The position numbers and the translations under genes were made by a program. A DNA stretch of 64,000 bases from Candidatus Binatia bacterium (GTDB taxonomy: Bacteria; Acidobacteriota; Terriglobia; Terriglobales; Acidobacteriaceae), in the NCBI GenBank assembly GCA_035516415.1, contig DATJAI010000061.1, forward strand, positions 4,146 to 68,145, read 5' to 3'. The notes under the pieces were generated by a model. The model was not told the DNA's origin. It saw nothing but the letters and a program-made list of their open reading frames with translations, and searched no databases. This document shows positions 24,820 to 36,270 of the stretch, in pieces; the first letter of the stretch is position 1; every line of letters begins with the position of its first letter.

Positions 24820-25025
24820 AACGATCCAACTGCTGAGGCTAATCCCGCGCGGCACGGGCTGCAACCGCCGGGTAGTGGTGCAGTTTGAAAACGGAAGCGC
24901 GCCTTTCGCGCGCCGGCGCGAATCGGCGCGCCCATATCCCTCGCGATGACAGGCAAACTGCGCCACTACCAACCGCCGCGCAACGGAATTTTTGATGCTG
25001 CGGTGTCTCCAGCTGACAACTGCCA

Positions 25026-25031
25026 TACAAT
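25026..25031 (+). promoter_or_regulatory. Candidate -10 hexamer TACAAT upstream of the GT2 gene
   Basis: CATACAATGAG read directly, 21 nt before ATG 25053. Confidence 0.3.
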
Positions 25032-25052
25032 GAGTCTGCGTCCAAGTAGCTG

Positions 25053-25844
25053 ATGATGCCCCTCACCTGCAGCTTCATAGTGCCGGCATACAACGAGAGC
25101 GAGCGGCTGGCCGTGTCGCTGCCGAAAATCCTCGATTACGTTCGCCAGCAGAACCTGAACGGCGAAATCATTGTAGTGAACGACGGCTCGCGCGACGATA
25201 CCGCCGAGGTAGTGCGCCGTTTCGCCGCGCTCCACCCGGACGTCCGGCTGCTGGAGAATCCCGGCAATCGTGGCAAGGGATACAGCGTGCGCAACGGGAT
25301 GCTGCATGCGCATGGGGAGCTGATGCTGTTCACCGATGCCGACCTGTCGTCGCCCATCCAGGAAGCGGGAAAGCTCTTCGCGGCGCTGGAAAATGGCGCC
25401 GACGTGGCCATCGGTTCGCGCTGGCTGCGGGCCGAATTGCAGACCGAGCGGCAGCCGTGGTACCGGCAGCTTTACGGGCGCCTGTTCAACCTGGCCCTGC
25501 AAATCGTGCTGGGATTGAAATATCGGGACACGCAATGTGGCTTCAAGGCATTTACCCGCAGCGCAGCGCAGACCATCTTCAGCCGGCAGCGCATCGAACG
25601 TTGGGGTTTCGATCCCGAGCTGCTGTTCCTCGCCAACAAGTTCCGGCTCCGTACCGCCGAGGTTGCGGTTGAATGGGCGCACGACCATCGTTCCAAGATC
25701 AGTCCTCTGCGGGATGGCCTGAAGATGGGCATCGAGATGTTTGCCGTACGCTGGAACGATCTGAACGGGCGTTACAGGTCTCCTTCCCTGGTTTTCGAAG
25801 ACGCCGAAGTGAAACCGGCGAACTCGCTGCCGCTGGCTGACTGA
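25053..25844 (+). CDS. Family-2 glycosyltransferase (polyprenyl/dolichyl-phosphate glycosyltransferase-like)
   Basis: SFIVPAYNESERL, IIVVNDGSRDDT, TDADLSSP, RDTQCGFKAF. Confidence 0.85.
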   Translation: MMPLTCSFIVPAYNESERLAVSLPKILDYVRQQNLNGEIIVVNDGSRDDTAEVVRRFAALHPDVRLLENPGNRGKGYSVRNGMLHAHGELMLFTDADLSSPIQEAGKLFAALENGADVAIGSRWLRAELQTERQPWYRQLYGRLFNLALQIVLGLKYRDTQCGFKAFTRSAAQTIFSRQRIERWGFDPELLFLANKFRLRTAEVAVEWAHDHRSKISPLRDGLKMGIEMFAVRWNDLNGRYRSPSLVFEDAEVKPANSLPLAD

Positions 25845-26039
25845 CAGTCCGCCCGCCGTTTCTGATTGAAATCAGGTGACTTCCGGACCGGGTATAGGAG
25901 GGCCGCAGCCTGAGCGCAAGCTGCTGCACTCCCCATGCTGAAAATTTGGAGCTTTCCTCCAGGCAGCGCATCTTTTCCTGAGTCAGTTTGCCGTCAGGGA
26001 AAACCCAGGAACATTTTTCCGCTGCATCTAAGGTCTTTG

Positions 26040-27350
26040 ATGTCGCAACCAGTCATGTACAGCTCAGAACTTGCCCGCGGCTCTTCGGGTACGTTGAGCG
26101 GCCGGGAAGGCGTGCCCCTGCTGCAGCAGTATCTGAGGGTGCGCGAGACTTCCATGCAACTTTGCGCGCCTCTTTCGGCGGAGGACCACGGTTTGCAGCC
26201 CATGGCGGATGCCAGCCCGGCGAAGTGGCACCTGGCGCACACCACGTGGTTCTTCGAGACGTTCATCCTTTCGCAGTACATGGGTGAGTTTCGTCCCTTT
26301 CATCCGGCATTTCGAAATCTGTTCAACTCCTATTACAACGCGGTAGGCGAGCGGCCGCTGCGCGCGCTGCGGCACATCCTGTCGCGGCCAAGTCTGGATG
26401 AGGTGCATGCCTACCGGATTTACGTTGACGAAGCGATGCTTCACCTGCTGACGCTGGAGCTGCCGGCGGAGGCACTGAAGCTGGTCGCGCTGGGCATCAA
26501 CCATGAGCAGCAGCACCAGGAACTGATCATTACCGACGTGAAGAACGGGCTGTGGGCCAATCCGCTGCGGCCGGCATACCGGTTGCAGGAGGAGCGCCGC
26601 GCCGAGCCGGCATCAGCTACCGCCCTGACGTGGCACAGCTTTCCCGAAGGCGTGCATCCGGCGGGATTTGAGGGCAGCGGCTTCGGGTTCGACAACGAAG
26701 GGCCGCGGCACAACGTGTATCTGGAGGAGTTTCGCTTGGCGTCGCGCCTGGTGACCAACGCCGAATATCTGGAGTTCATGCGCGCGGGCGGCTACTCGAC
26801 CGCGAAGCTGTGGCTTTCCGACGGCTGGGACGTGGTACGCGCCAACCAGTGGAATGCGCCACTGTACTGGGAAATGCGCGATGGAGAGTGGTGGAACTAC
26901 ACCATGGGCGGTTTGCAGCCGCTGCGGCCCCATGAGCCGGTGTGCCACCTGAGCTATTACGAGGCCGATGCGTTCGCCCGCTGGGCCGGAGCGCGGCTGG
27001 CAACCGAATTCGAGTGGGAGGTGGCGGCCCGATCGCTCCCCATAGCCGGCAATTTTCTGGAGTCAGGCGCCCTGCATCCCCAGCCTGCGCGCGCGGCTGG
27101 AGCTTTGGCGCAGATGTTTGGCGATGTGTGGGAGTGGACGGCCAGCGCCTACACGCCTTATCCACGCTTCCGGCCGGCAGCCGGCGCGGTCGGAGAGTAC
27201 AACGGCAAGTTCATGTGTAATCAGATGGTGCTGCGTGGAGGATCGTGCGCCACGCCGCAATCGCACATGCGGGCCACCTACCGCAATTTCTTTCCGCCCC
27301 ATGCGCGCTGGCAGTTCATGGGCATCCGGTTGGCCAATGGCAGCAACTAG
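26040..27350 (+). CDS. egtB: Ergothioneine biosynthesis sulfoxide synthase EgtB (DinB_2 plus FGE-sulfatase domains)
   Basis: SPAKWHLAHTTWFFETF, GINHEQQHQELI, GDVWEWTASAY, VLRGGSCATP. Start placed at MSQPVMY (ATG 26040). Confidence 0.85.
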   Translation: MSQPVMYSSELARGSSGTLSGREGVPLLQQYLRVRETSMQLCAPLSAEDHGLQPMADASPAKWHLAHTTWFFETFILSQYMGEFRPFHPAFRNLFNSYYNAVGERPLRALRHILSRPSLDEVHAYRIYVDEAMLHLLTLELPAEALKLVALGINHEQQHQELIITDVKNGLWANPLRPAYRLQEERRAEPASATALTWHSFPEGVHPAGFEGSGFGFDNEGPRHNVYLEEFRLASRLVTNAEYLEFMRAGGYSTAKLWLSDGWDVVRANQWNAPLYWEMRDGEWWNYTMGGLQPLRPHEPVCHLSYYEADAFARWAGARLATEFEWEVAARSLPIAGNFLESGALHPQPARAAGALAQMFGDVWEWTASAYTPYPRFRPAAGAVGEYNGKFMCNQMVLRGGSCATPQSHMRATYRNFFPPHARWQFMGIRLANGSN

Positions 27351-28302
27351 CAAGCAACTGCAGTTTACCGCCGCCGATGCGATCGCCCTTGAGGTGCGCG
27401 AGGGCCTTACCGCCATGCCGAAGCACCTTCCCGCCTGGCTCTTCTATGACGCGGCCGGCTCGCAACTGTTCGAGCAGATCACCGAACTGCCGGAGTATTA
27501 CCTGACGCGTACCGAACGCGCCATCCTGGAGCAGTACGCCGCGGAGATTCTGCAGCACGCCGGAGGGTCTCTCACGCTGGTGGAGCTGGGCGCAGGCACG
27601 GCGAGCAAGACCACGGTTCTGATCGACGAGCTGCTGCGGCGGCAGAGCCGGGCGCTGTTTTATCCCATCGATGTCTCCGCCTCCGCGCTGGACGAAGCCA
27701 CGCGGCAACTGAGCAGGCAGTTCCCCTCATTGCGCGTGAACCCGATTATTGCCGACTACACGGGCGGCCTACCGGCCCTGGGCCGGATCAGCGGCCGCAA
27801 GCTGGTGCTGTATATCGGATCCAGTATCGGAAACTTCGAACCGCCACAAGCGGTCCGCCTGCTGCGGCGCATCCGGCAGACGCTGCGGTCGGGCGACGCT
27901 TTGCTGCTGGGCGCCGATTTCGCCAAGAGCCCGAAGATCCTGCTGCCGGCTTACGACGATGTCCAGGGCGTCACCGCCGCCTTCAACCGAAACATCCTCG
28001 CCCGGCTGAATCGCGAACTGGAGGCCGATTTCGTGCCCGAGGCATTCGAACACGTCGCCCTCTGGAACCGGCGATGCTCGCGGATGGAGATCTATCTGGA
28101 GAGCATGCGGGCGCAGTCCGTATTTCTGCCGGCGCTCGATCTCGATGTGTTTTTCGCGGCGGGCGAGCGCATTCATACGGAAAACAGCTATAAGTACACC
28201 GATGCCATGATCGAAGATATTGTTCGTGACGCGGGTTACAGGCTGGAGCACACATGGTGCGACCGCCGCAGATGGTTCGGGGTGCATTTGGCGCGCGTGT
28301 AG
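27337..28302 (+). CDS. egtD: L-histidine N-alpha-methyltransferase EgtD
   Basis: LPAWLFYDAAGSQLFEQITELPEYYLTRTERAIL, LVELGAGTASKT, IHTENSYKY. ATG 27337 overlaps the egtB 3' end by 14 nt. Confidence 0.85.
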   Translation: MAATSKQLQFTAADAIALEVREGLTAMPKHLPAWLFYDAAGSQLFEQITELPEYYLTRTERAILEQYAAEILQHAGGSLTLVELGAGTASKTTVLIDELLRRQSRALFYPIDVSASALDEATRQLSRQFPSLRVNPIIADYTGGLPALGRISGRKLVLYIGSSIGNFEPPQAVRLLRRIRQTLRSGDALLLGADFAKSPKILLPAYDDVQGVTAAFNRNILARLNRELEADFVPEAFEHVALWNRRCSRMEIYLESMRAQSVFLPALDLDVFFAAGERIHTENSYKYTDAMIEDIVRDAGYRLEHTWCDRRRWFGVHLARV

Positions 28303-28333
28303 TCGCTCCCTGGCATTGCCTTAAACCCGCTTC

Positions 28334-28362
28334 TTGCCCCGCTCTGCCGCATCTACTAGCAT
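28334..28362 (+). promoter_or_regulatory. Candidate sigma70-type promoter: TTGCCC N17 TAGCAT upstream of the mutase gene
   Basis: Shares TWGCCCC...ATCTNCTAGCATGTAA with the vapB upstream region (3064..3096). Confidence 0.3.
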
Positions 28363-28383
28363 GTAAAGTTCTCTTACGCTGGG

Positions 28384-30195
<1,812 letters not shown>

Positions 30196-30293
30196 ACCCC
30201 AGCCACCGCCCATCAGCGCCAGCCTGCGTCTGGCGACGCAGGCGCTCCGCTCCAGTTTGTAGTAAGCTCCCGGCTCTGGGTTGGAGGAGCACG

Positions 30294-31238
30294 ATGGCAT
30301 CGACTGCGGTGCAAGGCGGGAATCTGGTTGCGGAGAGAAGCCGGTTTGGCTGGCTGTCGTGGCCCCTGCTGGCGATCTACGTTCTGTGGATTGCCGCGCT
30401 GAAGAGCGTGGCTGCGCGCAGCCTGTCCATCGCAGGGGTTCAGCTTAGCGATCAACTCCTGCTGGCCGCCTTCTTCGTCAGCCATGCGCTGGCTTACTAC
30501 TCGGGAGCTGAAGTGGCGGTATATGCCCTAAGTAGCGCCTTCATCGCAAACCTCTTCGAGAACCTCAGCGTCACGTACGGATTTCCCTTCGGTTACTACT
30601 ACCACACTGCGCTGGCGGGTCCACGACTGTTCCATGTCCCCTACATTGTGACCATGATCTACATCACGGTTGGATATCTCTCGTGCATGGTCGCCCAGGT
30701 GCTGCTCGGAAGAAGGGATTATTCAAGCTGGAGGAGGATGGTCTACCTGGCTCCGCTGATCGCTGCGTTTGTTTTCACCTCATGGGACCTGTGCATCGAT
30801 CCTATCTATGGGACGATCTACCGTGCATATATCTATCGCGACCCCGGCGTCTGGTTCGGAACCCCGGGTGGAAATTACTTCGGTTGGCTGCTGACTACCT
30901 ATCTGTTTTACCTGCTGTTTTCCGTGTTTGTGAGCCGTCATGCCGGCGCTGCCGGGAAGGCGAGACGCGAACCCGGCCGCTCGTACTGGTTGCAGCCCGT
31001 CCTGCTCTACCTGGTCATAGCAGTGGGTGTGGTTCTGACCAACATCCGTGGCGCGAGCGCCGACGTGACCGTATCCAGTGGCAAGGTGTGGAATACGGGC
31101 GATATCTATGGCGCGTCCACCCTGGTCACCATATTCACCATGGTGTTTATCTCGTTGCTGGCGCTGGCTAGTCTGTACGGAAACAGGGACGCGCGCGAGC
31201 CTGAGGGCGCGCGTTACAGAGCGATTCAGAAGGGCTGA
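30294..31238 (+). CDS. Polytopic membrane protein, carotenoid-biosynthesis-protein (DUF422/CruF-like) family
   Basis: FENLSVTYGFPFGYYYH, SWDLCIDPIYG, WFGTPGGNYFGWLL resemble the family as I recall it. Multiple TM helices. Confidence 0.55.
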   Translation: MASTAVQGGNLVAERSRFGWLSWPLLAIYVLWIAALKSVAARSLSIAGVQLSDQLLLAAFFVSHALAYYSGAEVAVYALSSAFIANLFENLSVTYGFPFGYYYHTALAGPRLFHVPYIVTMIYITVGYLSCMVAQVLLGRRDYSSWRRMVYLAPLIAAFVFTSWDLCIDPIYGTIYRAYIYRDPGVWFGTPGGNYFGWLLTTYLFYLLFSVFVSRHAGAAGKARREPGRSYWLQPVLLYLVIAVGVVLTNIRGASADVTVSSGKVWNTGDIYGASTLVTIFTMVFISLLALASLYGNRDAREPEGARYRAIQKG

Positions 31239-31243
31239 ATCGG

Positions 31244-32416
31244 ATGCGCTCTCCGGAAAGCGTTAAGATAGCTTTTTGTTCAGGAGCATCTGAATTGGGC
31301 CGCCAATCTTCCCTGTCTCTCTCCCGCCGATCGTTTTTGCAGGCATCGACTGTCGCGTCAGCGGCGCTGGCATTGCGCGTGGTCAGCGAGCCCATGCTCG
31401 CCCTGGCCGCCGCGCCCAGGCATTCGGCCGGCGCAGTGCTGATCAACCAGAACGAGAACCCGCTTGGTCCCTGCGCAGCGGCGCGGCAGGCAATAGCTGA
31501 CATCACGCCGCAGGGCGGACGTTATCAGGGCGAACTCACCGACGAGCTGCGCACGCAATTCGGCCAGAGTACCGGCGTTGCAAAGGAGCAGGTCGCCATC
31601 TTCGCCGGATCGACTCCGGCGCTCAGCTTCACGGTGCGGGCGTTCTGTTCGCCGCACGCCAGCTACGTGACTGCCGATCCCGGCTTCGAAGGAGGGATGT
31701 TCGCCGCCGAGGCCGCAGGAGCGCGCGTCGTCAAGGTGCCGCTCACCAGAACCTTCGCGCACGACGTGAAGGCCATGCTGGCCGCGGCCCCCGATGCCGG
31801 CGTGTTCTATGTCTGCTCGCCCAACAATCCCACCGGAACAATCACCAGCCACTCCGATATCGAGTACCTGTTGGAGAACAGGCCGAAGAACTCCGTCGTG
31901 CTCGTCGATGAGGCTTACATCCAGTTCAGCGATGCGACGACGGCCATCGATCTGGTGCGGGCGGGCAAAGACATCATTGTGCTGCGCACCTTCTCCAAGA
32001 TTTACGGAATGGCGGGCCTGCGCTGCGGCGCTGCCATCGCCCGGCCGGAGCTGCTGGAGAAGCTCCACAACTACGGTGGCTGGAATTTCATGCCGGTGAC
32101 CGCTGTGGCGGCGGCTTCGGCGAGTCTGAAAATGCCGACGCTGGTGGCCGAACGCAAGCGGCTCAACGAGCAGGTCCGCAGCGCGACGTTCGAGTGGCTC
32201 GACCGCAACGGCTATTCCTACATTCCGTCGGTGGCGAACTTCTTCATGGTCGATACGAAGCGCCCGGCGAAAGAGGTGATTGCCGCGATGGCGCAGCAGA
32301 ACGTCATCATCGGGCGCTCCTGGCCGGCGATGCCGACCTGGGCACGCATCACCGTCGGCACCAGCGAAGAGATGGGGAAGTTCCAGGAAGCCTGGCAAAG
32401 CGTGATGAAGGGGTGA
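31244..32416 (+). CDS. PLP-dependent class I/II aminotransferase (histidinol-phosphate aminotransferase-like) with twin-arginine (Tat) signal
   Basis: SRRSFLQASTVASAALAL Tat motif. NENPLGP, CSPNNPTG, TFSKIYGMAGLRCG (PLP lysine). Starts 5 nt after the upstream gene. Confidence 0.8.
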   Translation: MRSPESVKIAFCSGASELGRQSSLSLSRRSFLQASTVASAALALRVVSEPMLALAAAPRHSAGAVLINQNENPLGPCAAARQAIADITPQGGRYQGELTDELRTQFGQSTGVAKEQVAIFAGSTPALSFTVRAFCSPHASYVTADPGFEGGMFAAEAAGARVVKVPLTRTFAHDVKAMLAAAPDAGVFYVCSPNNPTGTITSHSDIEYLLENRPKNSVVLVDEAYIQFSDATTAIDLVRAGKDIIVLRTFSKIYGMAGLRCGAAIARPELLEKLHNYGGWNFMPVTAVAAASASLKMPTLVAERKRLNEQVRSATFEWLDRNGYSYIPSVANFFMVDTKRPAKEVIAAMAQQNVIIGRSWPAMPTWARITVGTSEEMGKFQEAWQSVMKG

Positions 32417-32456
32417 AGCCGATACCCGCGGCAGAGTCAGCCCGGGATGAGGGCGG

Positions 32457-32849
32457 TCAGAGTGGGTGAGGGAAAAATGCGGAAAATCCGCCCGAGCCGA
32501 GGATTGCAGGCCCGGCATTGGCGGCGGCAGCGACGGGAAACAGTATCAGCCTAAGAACGAAGGCCTCACCTCGAATCGGTCCATATCTGGGTCCCAATCT
32601 GGTCGGGGGATCCGTCCTTTCCCCGAACTCTGACGAGCAGCTTGTGTGTAAGACCCGACCGGGCATCGCCGGCCTGGCTGAAGAGCCGGTGATAGGAAAC
32701 CAACGCGAGTCCGACAGATCGTCGGAGCCGATTTCAAAATCATCCCAGGTGCACTGGACGCCGAAGATCAACTCGCCTGATCCAGCTTCCACCAGAACAT
32801 CGATATCGTTGCCTATAAATGCCCGCTGGCAGGTAATCGTAAATTTCAT
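32457..32849 (-). CDS. Hypothetical protein (weak call)
   Basis: ORF 32457..32918, whose GTG overlaps the O-methyltransferase stop (GTGA). Internal ATG 32849 (MKFTITCQ) has GAGGA upstream. The C-terminal half is low-complexity, so it may be degraded. Confidence 0.3.
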   Translation of the reverse strand: MKFTITCQRAFIGNDIDVLVEAGSGELIFGVQCTWDDFEIGSDDLSDSRWFPITGSSARPAMPGRVLHTSCSSEFGERTDPPTRLGPRYGPIRGEAFVLRLILFPVAAAANAGPAILGSGGFSAFFPHPL

Positions 32850-32914
32850 CTGCCTGTCCTCGCTGACCGGCTGCGGCGGAGATTCTGCGTCGGTGACGCC
32901 TGTCATTAACTCCC

Positions 32915-33937
32915 TCACGCTTCCGCCAGCACCACCGTATGTGGGCTCATGGGAACTGGATGGGACGTCACGTGAGCGAATCCGGCATGGCGATGCATCT
33001 CTGAAAGCTCCCGGAAGGTGTACGCATCGCCGACTTCGGTAGAGGTCAGCATGGTCAGGGCGAAAGCCGCAGGCAATGGCGGAGAGACCCGATCTTCGTT
33101 AGGCACGAACTCCAGGGTTGCGACGCGACCCTCCGCCTTCATGGCGCCGTGGACTTTTTTCAGCAGCCCGACACAGGTCTCCACATCGAAGTGGTGCAGG
33201 AAGTTGGTGAGCAGTACTGTATCGTAAGGGCCGCCAAAATCCACCTCGAAGGCGCTTCCCGGTAGCATGTCGTAACGCTCGTGCACATTGGCGGTTCGTG
33301 CGTTGTCCAGGGCCACGTGCAATACCGGGGCCCAGTCGAGTCCGGTAACGCGCGCCTGCGGGTTCTGCTTCGCTATCTCGATCCCAAACAGTCCATGACC
33401 GCAGGCGATGTCGAGCACGCGCATCGGCCCGGTGCGCCCCTGCAGCACGATATTTCCCAGCGGTCCCGCCAGCGGAGCCATCATGGGAGCCATGCTCTGC
33501 GCAAATTCCACCCAGATGGGATTTTCCGGCTCGACCGACCCCTGCCCCGGCAGAACCGTTCTTCCCGTCCGCACCACGTCGGCGAGGTGCTCATATGACT
33601 GGCGCAATTCCGGAAGGGTGAGAAACCGGACGATGGACGCGATACAGTTGGGCGAAGCGGGGTCGAGGAAGGCGGCGCTCGCCGGCGTGTGGCGATAATG
33701 GCCATCAATCTTCTCCAGCAGACCGGCGACAACCAGGTAGTCGCAAAGGATGCGCGTGCCCCGCTCGGAAGCGTGAGCATGCCGGGCGATGGAAGCCAGA
33801 TCGCCGGGGCCGTCGCCTACGGCGCGGAAGATGTCCAGCTCGATGGCGGCTTTCAACGCGAACGTGCGCTGGAAGGCTTGCACGTTCTCAAAAACCACAG
33901 CAGGGGTCAATGGCGTTGGTGATGGGGCAGAGTGCAT
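32915..33937 (-). CDS. Class I SAM-dependent O-methyltransferase (dimerisation domain plus Methyltransf_2)
   Basis: VLDIACGHGLFGIEIA (SAM motif I), LLTNFLHHF, N-terminal winged-helix-like LKAAIELDIFRAV. Confidence 0.8.
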   Translation of the reverse strand: MHSAPSPTPLTPAVVFENVQAFQRTFALKAAIELDIFRAVGDGPGDLASIARHAHASERGTRILCDYLVVAGLLEKIDGHYRHTPASAAFLDPASPNCIASIVRFLTLPELRQSYEHLADVVRTGRTVLPGQGSVEPENPIWVEFAQSMAPMMAPLAGPLGNIVLQGRTGPMRVLDIACGHGLFGIEIAKQNPQARVTGLDWAPVLHVALDNARTANVHERYDMLPGSAFEVDFGGPYDTVLLTNFLHHFDVETCVGLLKKVHGAMKAEGRVATLEFVPNEDRVSPPLPAAFALTMLTSTEVGDAYTFRELSEMHRHAGFAHVTSHPVPMSPHTVVLAEA

Positions 33938-34126
33938 TTGCAGTCCTCAGCGTTGGGAACAGGCTCCAGGTTTCGCAAGACTATACACTGATTTCAGGTT
34001 CGGGTCAGCACTGCAGGGCCGGGCAACAGGCAAATGCCACGAAAGAGAACAGCAGGAGCGAAGGCGCAGACCACGGGGCCACAGCTCTTCATCGCCTGTT
34101 CTGCGGGGCATGGCGTCACTGTCGCG

Positions 34127-34703
34127 CTACTGTTTGAGGAAGCGGACGATCTCATCCAGAAGCTCATTCCTTCCGCGTTCTGGCCGGTCGAGATGCACGA
34201 AGTGGGTCGCATCCGGTATCACCACAACCCGGACGCTCGCGTGCACCAGATCGTGGGCGATCTTTTCCCGGTCGGCAGGGCGAGACCAGAAGTCGCGCTC
34301 CGAAGCCAGCACCAGAGTCGGAACGTAGATGAACGAGGCGTCCCACAACTGCCGTCCCGTGGCCAGATAGAAGCTGTCTTCGAGCGCACCGTTGGGGGAG
34401 CGGAAGCACGGCGGATTATGGCTGTTCGTTTCAGGATCGCTGGCCAGGGCCGCCCGCGACTGGCAAGTCGAACGATGCGACGCCCGGTACCGGCGCGCCA
34501 TGCACGAGCAAAATGGGCCAGCAAGTCTGATGCGCACCGGCGCGCACTTCACGAACGTGAATCCGAACATCAGCATCGCTGGTTGCAAAGAGATCTTCCC
34601 GGTGTATGGAGGACGAGGCTGTCGATAAGAAAGCCGGGAGGCAGAGCAGGGCAGTCGCCGGCAGGAGCGCGAAGCGCGAACGGGACGGGCCGGGTTGAAT
34701 CAT
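34127..34703 (-). pseudogene. Alpha/beta-hydrolase remnant (frameshifted and internally truncated)
   Basis: The N-terminal piece (34431..34703) has a signal peptide and ILLVHGAPVPG. The C-terminal piece (34127..34588, different frame) has LVLASERDF...IPDATHFVHLDRP. No GxSxG elbow occurs in any frame, and the total span is only ~190 codons. Confidence 0.5.
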
Positions 34704-34802
34704 GGAGTATCAGGGCATCCCTCGATCATCACGTACATCTATTACCTTCAATTCTGCCGCCGCTGAGATCGGAATGAAACACATAGATTCCGCTCAGTGG
34801 AT

Positions 34803-36095
34803 TCAGATGCTGGCGGCCTGGGACCGTTCCGCGGGCTCTGGGAGCCCGTGCGCTCGCCTTCTGCGCTGAAGCAGAGCCAGCCCTGTGGCAGCACAGAACA
34901 CTGCCAGAATCAGCAACTCCGGCTCAATCGGATGGCGATAGCGGGATTGTGGGAAGGTGATGTAGTAAACCAGGGGGTAGAACGCCAGCAGAGTAGCGAA
35001 CAAAAAGGCGCCGCACACATAGCGTTTGATGGCGATCCAAAGCCCACCCCAGGACATCAGGAACAGAGTCGTCTTTATTGCTGTAATCCCGAGAACGTAG
35101 GTTCGGATGGGACCAAGCGCGAACCCGGGGGTTCCGATCCAGAAGAATACGAAGCGCCGAAGGCATAGGTTAGCGAATCTGGCAGGATGTGAGAGGATCC
35201 ATCCCCGCGCCAAACGAGCTTGCTCGCTGCAGTACGCCAGCTCACCAAGCTCTCTGTACTGCCTCATCAAGAAGGGATTATTGTAGGTGTAGTAGCCTAC
35301 CCACAAGCCCTGCGCGTCGGGATTATTTCCGACACGAAGGTTAGGTCCAAAGCCCGTGCGGAGCAGGATTGGATTGTCAAAAACCATGTAGTTCCGAACC
35401 AGCCAGGGGCTGAGCGTTAGCCAAAACACGAGTGAGCTCACCAGAACTGGCGGCAGGTAGCGACTTCCGGTGCGGTGGAGTTGCTAGGCCAGCCAGGATC
35501 CTGAAAACGGCAGCCAAACGAGCAGGGAAGGATTCGTTAGCGCGATGATGCCCCAGAGCAGGCCGTAGAGGCACCAGCGCAAGATCCGGCCATCGTTCTG
35601 CATCGCCAATGTGAGCAGCAAAACCAGGCTTAGCAGGAACGCCGATAGCGTGGTGTCCCAAAGCCAATACACCGAGTAATAAACACTCGGAGGCCATAAG
35701 GCCCAAATCCATCCCGACCAGATTGCAACCGACAGGCTGAATGCCTTGCGGGCGATTTGATATGTGGTCCAACTGGTGAGCGCTGCAACCAGGCTATTGA
35801 AAGAAAGAACGGCAAAGGCTGCGGCGTGCGAAAGGGTGCCGAAGAGCAGAAAGAAGATGGCAATGGTCCACGGATACACTGGAGCAAGCCAGGCCGATGG
35901 GCCACCGCCGGCAAATAGGGTATATCCCCGGCCGCTTACCAGCGAATAGGCAATGTCGCAGCTTTCAAAGGAAAACCAGTGGCCGCGCTCGAAAACGTAA
36001 CATTGGAAAACTACGAGATACAGAATGCGAGCGAGTAGTCCAAGGCCCACCATGCGGGCCGTCGAATGGAAAATCCTGACGGCAAGCGCGCCCAT
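34803..36095 (-). pseudogene. ArnT/PMT-like (GT-C, family 39-like) membrane glycosyltransferase interrupted by one in-frame TAG at 35484..35486
   Basis: ORFs 35484..36095 and 34803..35441 are in the same frame. Read-through gives ...SGSWLA*QLHRTGSRYLPPVLVSSLVFWLTLSPWLVRN. Confidence 0.6.
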
Positions 36096-36270
36096 TCCCC
36101 CTCCGCAGAGCTTGCAGTAAGCGGCAGTCGAGCCTGGAGTGTGGGATTATATTATGTCCCAGTGCCTGTCCATTAACTTTTTCGCGAGCTACAGCTTTTT
36201 CAGTTCGGCAGTAAGATGGACTCTACGGTGACCTTCAGCTTATGGTTCCACGGCTTGTAGCCGGAGTTCC

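Noticed and set aside
32518-33042. 174-aa plus-strand ORF overlapping the 3' end of the O-methyltransferase gene.
   Set aside because: It is antisense to two better-supported minus-strand ORFs, and its translation is Ser/Pro/Arg-rich without motifs.
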